Shown here piece by piece: positions 1-10,800 of a stretch of 64,000 nucleotides of DNA. The notes below the pieces were generated by a model that did not search any database, had not been told where the DNA came from, and saw nothing but the letters and a program-made list of their open reading frames with translations. The stretch comes from Octopus sinensis (Eukaryota). A program made the translations under genes and the position numbers. Within the stretch, counting starts at the first letter, position 1. Every line of letters starts with the position of its first letter. The stretch spans positions 20,398,001-20,462,000 of the forward strand of contig NC_042997.1 of NCBI RefSeq assembly GCF_006345805.1, written 5' to 3'.

Positions 1-184
1 TGTGTGTGCATGTGTGTGAGTGCATGTGTGTGAGTACATGTGTGTGTGCATGTATATAAATATGTGTGTATGTATGTATGTGTATATATATATGGCCAGT
101 ATATATATATATATATACTTTGACATATCAAATCCTGTTCATACATACAACTCATGCCAGCTTAGAAGGTGGACATTATATAAT

Positions 185-1475
185 AAAGCAAGGTCTAGAA
201 TTGAAGGGCTTTAGAGTCAATGTTGCAAAAACCAAAGTTTTAGTAAGCAGGAAGACTGTCAAATCACAACCCTCTTCAAGTAGATGGCCCTGCTTGACCT
301 GTAGAAAAGGTGTGGGTAGAAACTCCATACATTGTAACCGATGGAAGCTATGGACACATAAAAGGTGCAGCAATATCAAAGGAAGTTTAACCAGGAAAAT
401 AGTTTTTGTGTTTGGCAGATGCACAGAGATAGTAAACACTAAAGATGTACAGAAAATAGATTTCATCACATGCCAGAGGGAAAACCTAGAAGTAGTTAAC
501 AGCTTCCACTACCTAGGTGACCAAGTCTGTTGTTGGGGTGGTTGCTCTGAGAGTGTAGTCACTAGAGTAAGAACGGCCAGGGCAAAGTTCAGGGAGCTCC
601 TTTCTCTGCTGGCAACTAAAGGCCTTTTACTCAGGGTGAAAGCTAGACTGTATGATGCATGTGTGTGAACTGCCATGCATGTGTCTGAGCTACACGACAG
701 AGTGTAAGTACCCTGAGAGAAAAGTTGGACCTAAGAAGCATCAGATGTGGTGTCCAAGAGAGATGGCTGCGTTGGTATGGTCATGTGGCGAGAATGGATA
801 AAGATAGCTGTGTGAAAAAGTGCCACACCCTAGCGGTTGAGGGGAACCTGTGGAAGAGGTAGACCCAGGAAGACCTGGGATGAGGTGGTGAAGCACAACC
901 TTTGAACATTAGGCCTCACTGAGGCAATGACTAGTGACCATCATGACCTTTGGAAATATGCAGTGCATGAGTAGACCCAGCAAGCCAAGTGAGATGGCAG
1001 GGATGTAACCAGCCCACTTATGTGTACTTTTCCTTCATTGGATACTAAACTCTCCTTGCAAAGACCTGTTGAGGCAAGTGAAATCAAAAGCGAAATTAAA
1101 TCAAATTTGATGACTGGCACCTGTGCCAGTGGAACGCTAAGAGCACCATAGGAGCATGATCGTTACCAGAGCAGCTGACTGGCTTCCATGTTGGTGGCAC
1201 ATGTAAAAACATTGGAGCGAAGTTGTTGCCAGTGACACTGGACTGGCTCCTGTGCAGGTGGCATGTAAAAAACACCATTTGAGCGTGGTCGTTGCCAGTA
1301 CTACCTGACTGGCCCTCGTGCCAGCGGCATGTAAAAGCCCCCACTACACTCTCTGAGTGGTTGGCATTAGGAAGAGCATCCAGCTGTAGAAACTCTGCCA
1401 GATCAGTCTACAGTCAAATCGTCCAACCCGTGCTAGCACGGAAAGCGGATATTAAATGATGATAATGATAATATA
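185..1475 (+). mobile_element. 5'-truncated RTE-clade LINE: RT C-terminal part with a PHD-like Cys/His finger, 3' UTR subrepeats and (GAT)n tail
   Basis: The 66..668 ORF reads KGFRVNVAKTKVL...WPCLTCRKGVGRNSIHC..WTHKRC...LEVVNSFHYLGD...ARAKFRELL...RLYDACV, which is RTE-like. Frameshifted continuation to ~900 (WYGHV, RGRPRKTW). The 3' end ccaacccgtgctagcacggaaagcggatattaaatgatgat recurs many times in the window. Confidence 0.85.
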
Positions 1476-1529
1476 CACACACACACATATATTTATATAC
1501 ATATTTATAGTTATGCTGATCCCACATCA

Positions 1530-1737
1530 AAAGCTCTGGTGATAGTGCCAGATAAAAAGCACCCAATATACTCCATGGAGTGGTTGGCATTAGGAAGGAC
1601 ATCCAGCTGTAGAAGCTACGCCAGGGAAGACAATGGTGCCTGGCATATCCCCCAACCTTACCAGCTCCTGTCAAACTGTCCAAGCCATGCCACCATGCCA
1701 GCATTGAAAACAGAATTAAATGGTGATGATGATGATA
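1530..1737 (+). mobile_element. Isolated 3' tail fragment of the same RTE LINE
   Basis: gagtggttggcattaggaaggacatccagctgtag...ccatgccagcattgaaaacagaattaaatggtgatgatgat matches 1360-1470. Confidence 0.75.
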
Positions 1738-1754
1738 TATAGATATTTACATAT

Positions 1755-1772
1755 ATGTATATATCTATAGAC

Positions 1773-1859
<87 letters not shown>

Positions 1860-1892
1860 TAGATAGATAGATAGATAGAGATAGATAGATAC

Positions 1893-1937
<45 letters not shown>

Positions 1938-1950
1938 GATAGATAGATAC
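1755..1950. repeat. (GATA)n microsatellite
   Basis: Direct reading. It produces the YLSI-repeat ORFs. Confidence 0.98.
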
Positions 1951-2145
1951 ATACTACTTTTCTATTAAGATAACATCAACAAAAAAATACATTCTTCAGT
2001 GATAGATAAATCTCATTTGATATATTCATATATACATATATATGTGTGTGTATGTATATATATGTATGTGTGTGTATATGTATATGTATGTGTGTACATG
2101 CATATGCATATATTATATGTATATTTATATATATGCATGTGTGTG

Positions 2146-2502
2146 TAAATACAGTGTACATTTAAACACATAAGATAGCCTTCATAGGACTACCTGCATG
2201 CTAGAGAGGACAGTTAAATTCCAAACCACTATTAGGGATAAAATATCGAAGGAAATGAAAGATGAAAACATTTACCATCTAACTCGTGTACCTGCTGAAG
2301 AAGGCTTCGCCTAGCAAATTATTTTATTTGCTAAATAATGTCTGAAACCATTGGTCCACGAGTTAGATGGTAAATGTTTTAATTTTTCTTTCCCTTCAAT
2401 ATGTTATCCTTAATAGTGGTTTGGAATTTTAACTGTTCTCTCTAGCTTGTAGGTAGTCCTATGAAGGCTACCGCTTATGTGTTTAAATGTACACTGTATT
2501 TA
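2146..2502 (+). mobile_element. Fold-back element: ~145-bp inverted arms around a hammerhead ribozyme
   Basis: The arm 2146-2292 (taaatacagtgtacatttaaacacataag...ccatctaactcgtgtacc) is the near reverse complement of 2353-2502. The spacer holds an HHR core. Confidence 0.85.
2293..2362 (+). ncRNA. Type I hammerhead ribozyme with large loop 2; stem I 5' arm truncated
   Basis: tg-CTGAAGA(2295-2301)-aggc...gtct (stem II, with internal hairpin tagcaaat/atttgcta)-GAAA(2344-2347)-cc-att-gg-TC-cacgag. Cleavage triplet GUC, predicted cut after 2356. Confidence 0.75.
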
Positions 2503-2597
2503 TATGAATAATATATAGTCTATTGACTGAATTTTTACATGCTAGGCCACTGGTAATGGAAATTTCTAATATTTCATTATTACCCATTGATATTATT

Positions 2598-2910
2598 AAT
2601 TATCATCATTATCATCGTTTAACGTCCGTTTTCCATGCTAGCATGGGTTGGAAAGTGCCGCCCTGACTGGCCTCATGCCGGTGGCACGTAAAAAGCACCA
2701 TCCGTCCGTGGCCGTTTGCCAGCTCCGTCTGGCACCTGCGCGGGTGGCACGTAAAAAGCACCCACTACTCTCACGGAGTGGTTGGCGTTAGGAAGGGCAT
2801 CCAGCCATAGAAACACTGCCAGATCAGACTGGGCTTGATGCAGCCTTCTGGCTTCACAGAAAGCGGACGCTAAATGACGATGATGATGATCATGATGATG
2901 ATGATGATAT
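2598..2910. mobile_element. RTE 3'-UTR/tail fragment with an inverted tail copy at its 5' side
   Basis: 2598-2651 is the reverse complement of the tail ((ATC)n-gtttaacgtccgttttccatgctagcatgggttgg). 2652-2910 is forward UTR subrepeats plus tail and (GAT)n. Confidence 0.75.
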
Positions 2911-3099
2911 AATTATATACATATATATATATAAATATATATATGAATGAGCACCTATTCATGCTTTGCTTGTCAGCATTCTTTTATAAAGACAATGAAT
3001 GATGGTGATTAATAAAATAAACTGGAAAACAAATAGACAAGTATTGAAATATACACATATATGGATGTCTATAAATTTAGTAACCAGGTGTTACTGTAG

Positions 3100-4700
3100 T
3101 TGAGAAGAAAGTTTTTTATGATGGACAACTTTGGTGTGCACAATGTTGGTGACTTTTTTCAGCAGTGTCACTCTACCGGCAACATCCTGTATTGTTCATG
3201 AAAAGACAAACATAGAATTATTCATATTCAAGCTGATTGATTAAGAAGAACTATACTGTTTTACTCAGTAAGAAATCAACGATGTGAGGACAAAAAAATG
3301 TTCTGGAGCTGTTATTTTATTCAATTTTTGACATTGTGATTTATGTATTGGCATTGAGAAATTTCTGAAAGTTGTAAGGATGATAGCAGAGAGTTGTCAG
3401 GTCTCAGTATAATTTTTGGCTCAATGACATTGCTTTCCAATGTGCAACAGTACAATCTTAATTATGCATTCATAGAAATGGATTATTTCCTTTATTTAAA
3501 TTTTGCAACAACATTTACAACACAACTCTTGTCAAGGTCAAAGTATGTGGGGGATGATACTCCATCATAGTTACAGCTGTTTAAGAACTCCTTGGACAAA
3601 TAGTCATCACCATCACAGGAGTCAATACTTTTGTAAGAACTTGCTTCACTTCTCCATGAGATATGTTGGTAATTTTCCTTTTTATTAAATCTGAACAGTA
3701 TTTTAAGAAACAGGTGATGATGGTTTACGTTGGCAAAAATAATCCATCAGAAAGTTTGTTGTGAAATTTAGAGAGTTTTATGACTTTCCCTAAAGATGGT
3801 ATTGCTTGGTTTGTAAAGTTTTCAGTATCCAATAAATTATCAAACACTTGATTTATCATTTCACCTTCCATTGATGCAACCCCAACATCACTTAGAAACT
3901 CATTAGTTGTCAGTGTGTACTAAACTTTGGTTGTATAGTTTCAATTTTTGAATCAAAATTATGTTGTTACTCTGTTACTTTAGGCAACTAGTGAAGGTGC
4001 ATGGCTCAGTGGTTAGAGCATCGAGCTTACATTCGTAAGGTTGTGAGCTCGAATCCCAGACCAGGCTCTGTGTTGTGTTCTTGAGCAAGACACTTTATTT
4101 CACGTTGCTCCAGTTCACTCAGCTGTAGAAATGAGTTGCGACTTCACAGGTGCCAAGCTGTATTGGCCTTTGCTTTTCCCTTGGATAACACTGGTGGCAT
4201 GGAGAGGGGAGGCTGGTATGCATGGGAAACTACTGGTCTTCCATAAACAACTTTGCCAGGAATTGTACCTGGGAGGGTAACTTTCTAGGTGCAATCCCAT
4301 GGTCTGTGTCGTGACCGAAGGGGGTCTCAGTTACTTTAGGCAACTAACATTTTTGCACACTTTAATTACTTATGCACGCATTTCAGTTGTGTACAGGTTG
4401 CAAAATGTTTGCATATACCTACAGTTTAGAAGTGTACTTCACATATGTTCACTAGAACAGCCTTAGCACTTTTCTTTTTGAAAGAAAGTGTATGTAAAAA
4501 ATATCAAATCAGCATAGTTTTGCTGCTAAATAATAAACCATTTTTATAAAAATCGCAAAATGTGCATCAGCAACTTCATATGGTTTCATTCTAACAATAA
4601 AAGCTGTTTATGTCAGTTGGCTGTTGACATCATTGTTACAAGACAGAACTGCTGTCAAGAGAATTTGGAATAGAGGAAATTAAATGACCCATAGAAACTA
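3100..4700 (-). pseudogene. Decayed Helitron RepHel (PIF1-like helicase) coding remnant, interrupted by a SINE
   Basis: Minus-strand translation with frameshifts gives, in the expected order: *NETI (WDEA-like), FSSKTML (FGGK-like), TTEMR, EFLNS..G, PPHTLTL....MLLQNLN, FHEQY..VAGRVT (HGQLYVA.SRV-like). Confidence 0.7.
3991..4329 (+). mobile_element. tRNA-derived SINE, family B (core tgttgtgttcttgagcaagacacttt), full length
   Basis: A box tggctcagtgg, B box gctcgaatcc. 17-bp TSD gttactttaggcaacta at 3974-3990 and 4330-4346. Confidence 0.9.
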
Positions 4701-5495
4701 AAAACTTTCTTAGGACAGTGCAACTTTGAGACAATGATCTTTGTAAGGACTATATGAATTACATTTTAAGATGGCTTGGTTTCTAACAGTTGTGGATCAT
4801 TCTATGATGATTCTGCAGAAACAAATATAATGGAACCAGCTTCTGTGGTTTGTTGTTTTAAGATCATCAGTATCAATATACATAAATCAAATGGTGTAAA
4901 CGAACAGCTTCAAATCACATACTCTAAAAGTCACCTGTGGTTACTTCTGTGATTTTTGATGCATTTCAACTTCTGCAACAATTTCAGACCAATCTAAACT
5001 ACCTGTGGTTATAGTCAACAGGTTTACCTAACCTTTACAATGATCAATGCTCATTAAGCCCTATAAGTAATTTCATTGAGCCTAAGAATCACCAGTGTTG
5101 GGGGATGCAACACGACATACCTATACAGAATATTTAGAATGTCACTTTGCACTTGGTTTAATAAGCCTTGATAACTTCCTACTCTTAGCTGCTTTCTATG
5201 TCAACCATGATCTAGGAGGTTATGATCAAAGGCGTTGTATTCATGCTGATTCAATATTTCCCTTCATTGCAGGAAAATCAAGATAACATTATTTAACAAT
5301 TTAAGAAAGATTTGGCTGCTATTTATAGCAAATCAAGCAACCATGTAAACACTTACATTGCCTCAAATCTGCGCTTATTAATGGCATGTTATAATACAAC
5401 TTATAACTAGTTTTTAATCTAATTTCTTCTATATACCTGTAGAAGAATTTAGACAACTCTGAAGAACTAAAATTTCACTTGAATTCAGAAAAAAC

Positions 5496-6185
5496 ACACA
5501 CATAAAATAGAAATATTACATGTCTGAATATCTGAGAGAGAGATAAGCAGTAGTGGTATGATAGAGTAGTTGTATACTGTCAACTTAATGTGACAGTCCC
5601 ATGAAGGGAATCTCAGCACTGCTATTTAGCCCTAGGAAGCATCAACGTTTCCTGTCAGCCTTGACGCATTTCCTGTATCCTTATGTTTACAAGGGGGAGA
5701 TAAGCACCCCCACCCAGCTAAGCCTGCATCCAGAGACTAGTTTCTGAGTCATTGCTCATCATCAGTCTAGAGTAGCATGGCCTGCTAGCTGGAGATGCCT
5801 GTCTAGCCCTTGTAAGCATATAAGAATTCTAGTGAAATAAATCCACTGATTACAAAAATAGAAATATTACATTTCTAAATATCTCAGAGAGATATAATCA
5901 GTAGTGGTGTGATAGAGTAGTTGTATACTGTCAACTTAATGTGACAGTCCCATGAAGGAAATCACACCACTGCTATTTGATGACGATCAAAGACTCAGAA
6001 ATTAGTCTCTGGATCCAGGCTTAGCTGGGTGGGGGTGCTTGTCTCCCCTTTGTAAACATAAGGACACAGGAAATGTGTCAAGGCCGACAGGAAGCGTTGA
6101 TGCTTCCTAGAGCTAAATAGCAGTGGTGTGATTCCCTTCATGGGACTGGCACATTAAGTTGACAGTATACCACTACACACATAAA
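5496..6185 (-). mobile_element. Non-autonomous Penelope-type (retrozyme-like) insertion: 351-bp unit + partial direct repeat + 5' inverted copy, with TSD
   Basis: 5504-5627 repeats at 5855-5978 (351-bp period). 5979-6176 is the reverse complement of ~5565-5764. TSD acacacataaa at 5496-5506 and 6175-6185. Contains an HHR. Confidence 0.9.
5729..5771 (-). ncRNA. Minimal type I hammerhead ribozyme with intact core
   Basis: Minus strand: tctaga-CTGATGA-tgag-caatga-ctca-GAAA-ctag-TC-tctgga. Stem I is 6 bp (one G-U), stem II 4 bp, stem III palindromic (actagt), triplet GUC. Confidence 0.92.
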
Positions 6186-6358
6186 TGCACAAGTAAAAAC
6201 ATAATAGCTTATTTTTAAAATGGTGAATACCATTCATCTAGCAAAACAAATTGTTATAAAAATTTTATATTGTGCAGAACCCCAGAACTTTTTCATGGAT
6301 ACTTTGTGTTTCTTGAAACTTGCTCTGGGAGATAGAGTTGTAAGTATTCTAACCTTTA

Positions 6359-6588
6359 AGGTGGCAAGCAGGCAGAAATGTTAGCACGCCGGGCGAAATG
6401 CGAAGCCGTATTTCGTCTGCCATTTCGTTCTGAGTTCAAATTCCGCTGAGGTCGACTTTGCCTTTCATCCTTTTGGGGTCGATAAATTAAATACCAGTTA
6501 TGCACTGGGGTCGATGTAATTGACTTAATCCGTTTGTCTGTCCTTGTTTGTCCCCTCTGTGTTTAGCCTCTTGTGGGCAGTAAAGAAA
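6359..6588 (+). mobile_element. tRNA-derived SINE, family A (core gactttgcctttcatcctttcggggtcgataaattaagtaccag)
   Basis: B box gttcaaattcc. TSD taagtattcta(a/t)ccttta at 6341-6358 and 6589-6606. Many copies in the window. Confidence 0.9.
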
Positions 6589-6999
6589 TAAGTATTCTAT
6601 CCTTTATCATTCTGATGACTGCCATTTTGCTACCTGTGAAAATGAAAGAAAAACATTGATTTTTATACATACAATATAGAATATTTTAACTGAATTTAAA
6701 CCTCCACCTTATGCTTTGAACTAAACATTTTGCTTTTATATTTCATATACTCATCCACACACACACACAACACACACTCACACACACTCACACACAACAT
6801 TGCATGTGAAAAGTTCAACAGTGAAGTTCAAGTGAAGAGATCAACAGTGAAATTTCTGGGAAACACACATGCTTAATTATAATGAAGTAATGGTTAAATT
6901 GCAGGTTACACTATTTGTAAAGCATTACAGCCACGTATGCACAATGTTTCTTTCAGTGTTATCAGTATATGTATGTGTGACTTAAAAGTAGTTCACGGT

Positions 7000-7260
7000 G
7001 TAAAGGGTTGTTACTACTTTGCTTTCAAACAGAGCTACGTAATTGAATTAAAAGAACTGATTGAAATGTAATTGGATTGATAAAGTTAAACACTTTACTA
7101 TTTAAATCAAAGAATTGACAGAAGTAAAAGAAATATAATTCAATTTCAAGCTGAAATGAGTATTTCCAGTAACTTGCTAATTGGAAATAACAATACAGCA
7201 CAATTTCCGTATCTTAAAAATACAAACAGAAAACATAAACTGTTGCTTAATCACATACAT
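7000..7260 (+). pseudogene. Possible hAT (Buster/SPIN-like) transposase remnant
   Basis: IQFQAEMSISSNLLIGNNNTAQFPYL loosely fits the I..F..KL.LW...L...N...FP.L block of these transposases. Weak match. Confidence 0.3.
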
Positions 7261-7433
7261 TGTAAAATACTCCTGACAATAGTTGCAAATATATGATATA
7301 CTTGTCAAACCATCAAAAATATATAATATGATGAAACAGTTCAACATATAATGTGAGAAACATCTATAAGGGTGGTGATTAGGAAGTCAAATCACCAAGT
7401 TATATTTGTATTTCTTCTCCTCCACCTGCTTAC

Positions 7434-7505
7434 AGTCGTCGTCGTCGTCATCGTCTTCTTCTTCTTCTTCTTCTTCTTCTTCTTCTTCTTCTTCTTCTTC
7501 TTCTT

Positions 7506-7553
<48 letters not shown>

Positions 7554-7565
7554 TTACTACTTCTT

Positions 7566-7598
<33 letters not shown>

Positions 7599-7651
7599 TA
7601 CTACTACTACTTCTTCTTCTTCTACTACTACTACTACTTCTTCTTCTTCTT

Positions 7652-7717
<66 letters not shown>

Positions 7718-7795
7718 CTTTCTTCTTCTTCTTCTTCTACTACTACTATACTATACTACTACTACTACTACTATACTACTACTACTACTTCTTCT

Positions 7796-7829
<34 letters not shown>

Positions 7830-7874
7830 GCTACTTCTTCTTCTTCTTCTACTACTACTATACTACTTCTTCTT

Positions 7875-7909
<35 letters not shown>

Positions 7910-7940
7910 TCTTCTTCTCTTCTTCTTCTTCTTCTTCTTC
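7434..7940. repeat. Compound trinucleotide microsatellite (TCG)n-(TTC)n-(TAC)n with repeated motif switching
   Basis: Direct reading. It produces the poly-F/Y/S/T/L ORFs. Confidence 0.98.
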
Positions 7941-8008
7941 CAATCAGGACTCACGCTATTAGCCACAAAGAATAATCTCTAATTCGACCCTACTCTAAGC
8001 TACTAAGA

Positions 8009-8415
8009 ATGTGTGTGGCAACTTGAAGATCTGCCCACCACAGGCGATAGACTGGCGGTTGCACGGGTGCAAAAGCTACATTGTAATCCTCATTCTGCAA
8101 ACAGTGACTTTTAACGGGTGGAGAGCTGAACCATCGTGGGGTACAGAGGATTCACAATCTAGACTAGGGTCTGAAAGTTTACCACATCATAGTGGGTTAC
8201 ACCATGGTTCTTCTGCTTTGTGGCAGAAGTAGGAAGAAAGAGTGCGAGAAAGTCGTGGTGAAAGAGTACAGTGGGGTTCACCCCCAACCCACTGGAGCCT
8301 CATGGAGCTTATGTGTTTTGCTCAATAAACACTCACAATGCCCAGTCTGAGAATTGAAACTGCGTTCTTATGACCGCGAGTCTGCTACCCTAACCACTGG
8401 GCCATTGCATCTCCA
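8009..8415 (-). mobile_element. tRNA-derived SINE, a further family (single copy here)
   Basis: The minus strand begins agtggagatgcaatggcccagtggttagg (A box)...gtttcaattct (B-box-like), then a B-like core gtttattgagcaaaacac. The 3' extent is approximate. Confidence 0.6.
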
Positions 8416-8999
8416 CTACTGTTGCTGTTGTCATCATTGTCTTTGTTGTTATCGTTGTTGTCGTCGTCATTGTCATCATCATCATCATGTGTCCTGTTTC
8501 CATGCTGATATGTGTTGAATAAGAATTCACAGTTGGAGTCAGTTCTTATTTGGACTTTCTACCATCTGAGATGGATCAGAGAACCACATCTAGCTTGAAA
8601 GTTCCATTTTAGCATGTTTTCTGTGACTAGATGTCCCTCCTATTGCCAACCACTTTACAGAGTGTACTGGATGCATGTTATCATGTCACTAGCACAAGAG
8701 AAATTGTCATGTTCTCAGCAAGACAAAAAAACTTCTCACTCTTCAACATTGCCTTCATTTGCTCAAGGCAATGTTACCAAAAGGGAGGACAGAAGAGAGA
8801 GAGAGAGAGAGAGAGAGAGCAATAGCAGAACTTGGGTGAGAGAAAGGCAAAATAGAAAGTACGATGATAGAAATGGATGAGAAACAGTGATGGTAGTTGC
8901 AGTTTCGCTGGTAAGGAGATTGAACAGAAGCTTATCATGGGCAGCAAGATGAAGGAAGAGAGACGTGGGTAGTAAAGAAATAGGTATTTAAGAAAAAAA

Positions 9000-9228
9000 A
9001 AGGTGGCAAGCTGGCAGAAACCTTAGCACTCCGGGTGAAATGCTTAGTGGTATTTCGTCTGCCGTTACGTTCTGAGTTCATGTTCCGCCGAGGTCGACTT
9101 TCATTCTTTTGGGGTCAATTAAATAAGTGCCAGTTATGCACTGGGGTCGATGTAATCGACTTAATCCGTTTGTCTGTCCTTGTTTGTCCCCTCTGTGTTT
9201 AGCCCCTTGTGGGTAGTAAAGAAATAGG
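9000..9228 (+). mobile_element. SINE family A
   Basis: Aligns by eye with 6359-6588. Confidence 0.88.
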
Positions 9229-9479
9229 AAGAGAGAGTGAGATGGAGAAACAGAGTAATTAAAGGGAGAGAAGTGGAAGTGAGAGAGAATGATGTATGTC
9301 AACAATAGATGAAAATAAATGAACAGTGAGAGAAAGAGAGAGACAGACAGACAGAAAGAGAGAGACAGAGTGATGGATAACAATGAAGATGGATGATGGT
9401 AAGTGGGAAAGAGAAAGTGAGTGATGGAGAGTTATAAATGTAGGTGATGTTAAGAAGGAGAAGATATGATATTTGTCAA

Positions 9480-10800
9480 TAATTAGGGACCAGGGTAAAA
9501 AAGAGTGATGTCTAGCGTTACAGAAGGATGTCTGTAGGGAGTTTTTGAGTATGCATAGGTCTGATGCCATCCCTCATTCAACAGGCATAGTAATGGGTGG
9601 AGGTTGGCAGGATGATGGATTTAGAAAGAACTGATATTATTCCCTGTTACAGAAGTGGAATGATATAATGAATAGGAGGAGTGGCAGATGAGGGGACAAC
9701 AAAGTGATGGGACTTAATAGGACCATTGGCAAAAGACCCAAATGCATATTATATATGCCTTCACTACTATTGTAATATCAATGTCTGTTTCTCAGGCCTC
9801 CACATTTTGGCATGGATTCTCAAGCACTGCATGCTGACATTCATCCTTTGATAGAATCTATTTCCTGTGTACTGACTGTATCTGTATGCCTGCTTCGTAT
9901 CAAGTCTATCTTCTCTTTTAGCCTACCTGTGATCCCATTATATGTCTTGTGTGCCTATAATTTATATTGGACGCACTGTATGGGACCTCTGCCTCCTTCT
10001 TTTCTGTTTATAGAGTATAGCCATTTCCCTCATGGAAGCAGAATCTTGTTTCTTTTGTACATATTAACTTTAGTATCTGCAAACATTACTTTATGGCATT
10101 GCAAATTTAGGTTTTGCTGCCATGACTGGAATTTTTTCTCTAAATCTTTCAAATCTACTCTAAAAACTTGGCAGTCAACATAGTTGCTTCCTAGTCATTG
10201 GCTACCTTGCCAGTTTCCTGGTTGGCTTCTTGACTTTTGGATCCAGGCGCTGGAGATGTGGTGACTCACTCAGTAGTCTTCATAGTGGTGATAGGTGGTG
10301 TTTTGTTAACAACAGATTCTGGGATCAGATGCTGTTGTTACTATTTCTGCCATAGTCAGCTGGTCCCTTAACTTTCACTCACTCTGCCTTTCTAGTTCCT
10401 TGGGAAGAATGCCCTCCAGCATCACCTATTGTCTTATACATAGCAGCTCAGGTTTCTGCCTTACACTACTAGTTGTATCTCTTTCTTCTTTACACTCATG
10501 ATGAGGTACAACTCTCAGATGGCTCTGTACTCTATAGAAAACATTAGGACCTACATATCCATGCAGACCCTACTTGACCATATCTCATTTCCGATTACCT
10601 TGGTACTCACAACCTTTCTGCATAATTACCATAAACTTAAGTTCAACATCTGAACCTATGTCCAAGACTCTTGTATTATTCTCCCTTCATATGTTGTCAA
10701 AGTGGGTTGGTGTCAGATAAAGCAGATCAGCCTGTCAACCAATCTCATCCCCTCTTCCAATGAACCATGCCTCATGTAGACCATATCATCCTAATCATCA
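9480..10800 (-). mobile_element. Decayed LINE fragments (CR1/L2-like 3' piece ~9480-9770; RTE-like piece ~9783-10800)
   Basis: The minus strand near 9800-9850 reads WMNVSMQCLRIH (RTE MLRWMCNVS-like). The rest is heavily degenerate. Confidence 0.4.
10317..10490. repeat. Local ~170-bp direct duplication, second copy at 12189-12357
   Basis: tctgggatcagatgctgttgtta...ccttacactactagttgta is shared with scattered substitutions. Confidence 0.85.

Noticed and set aside
3991-4070. tRNA-like heads here and at 8340-8415, 23662, 27464 and 51381
   Set aside because: They continue into SINE bodies and lack a closed acceptor stem, so they are not tRNA genes.
7372-7975. Long ORFs of 189-196 aa, and similar ORFs at 1658-1952, 27030-27271, 38442-38766, 43785-44173, 47286-47732 and 48266-48596
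   Set aside because: They are translations of microsatellites with no coding evidence.
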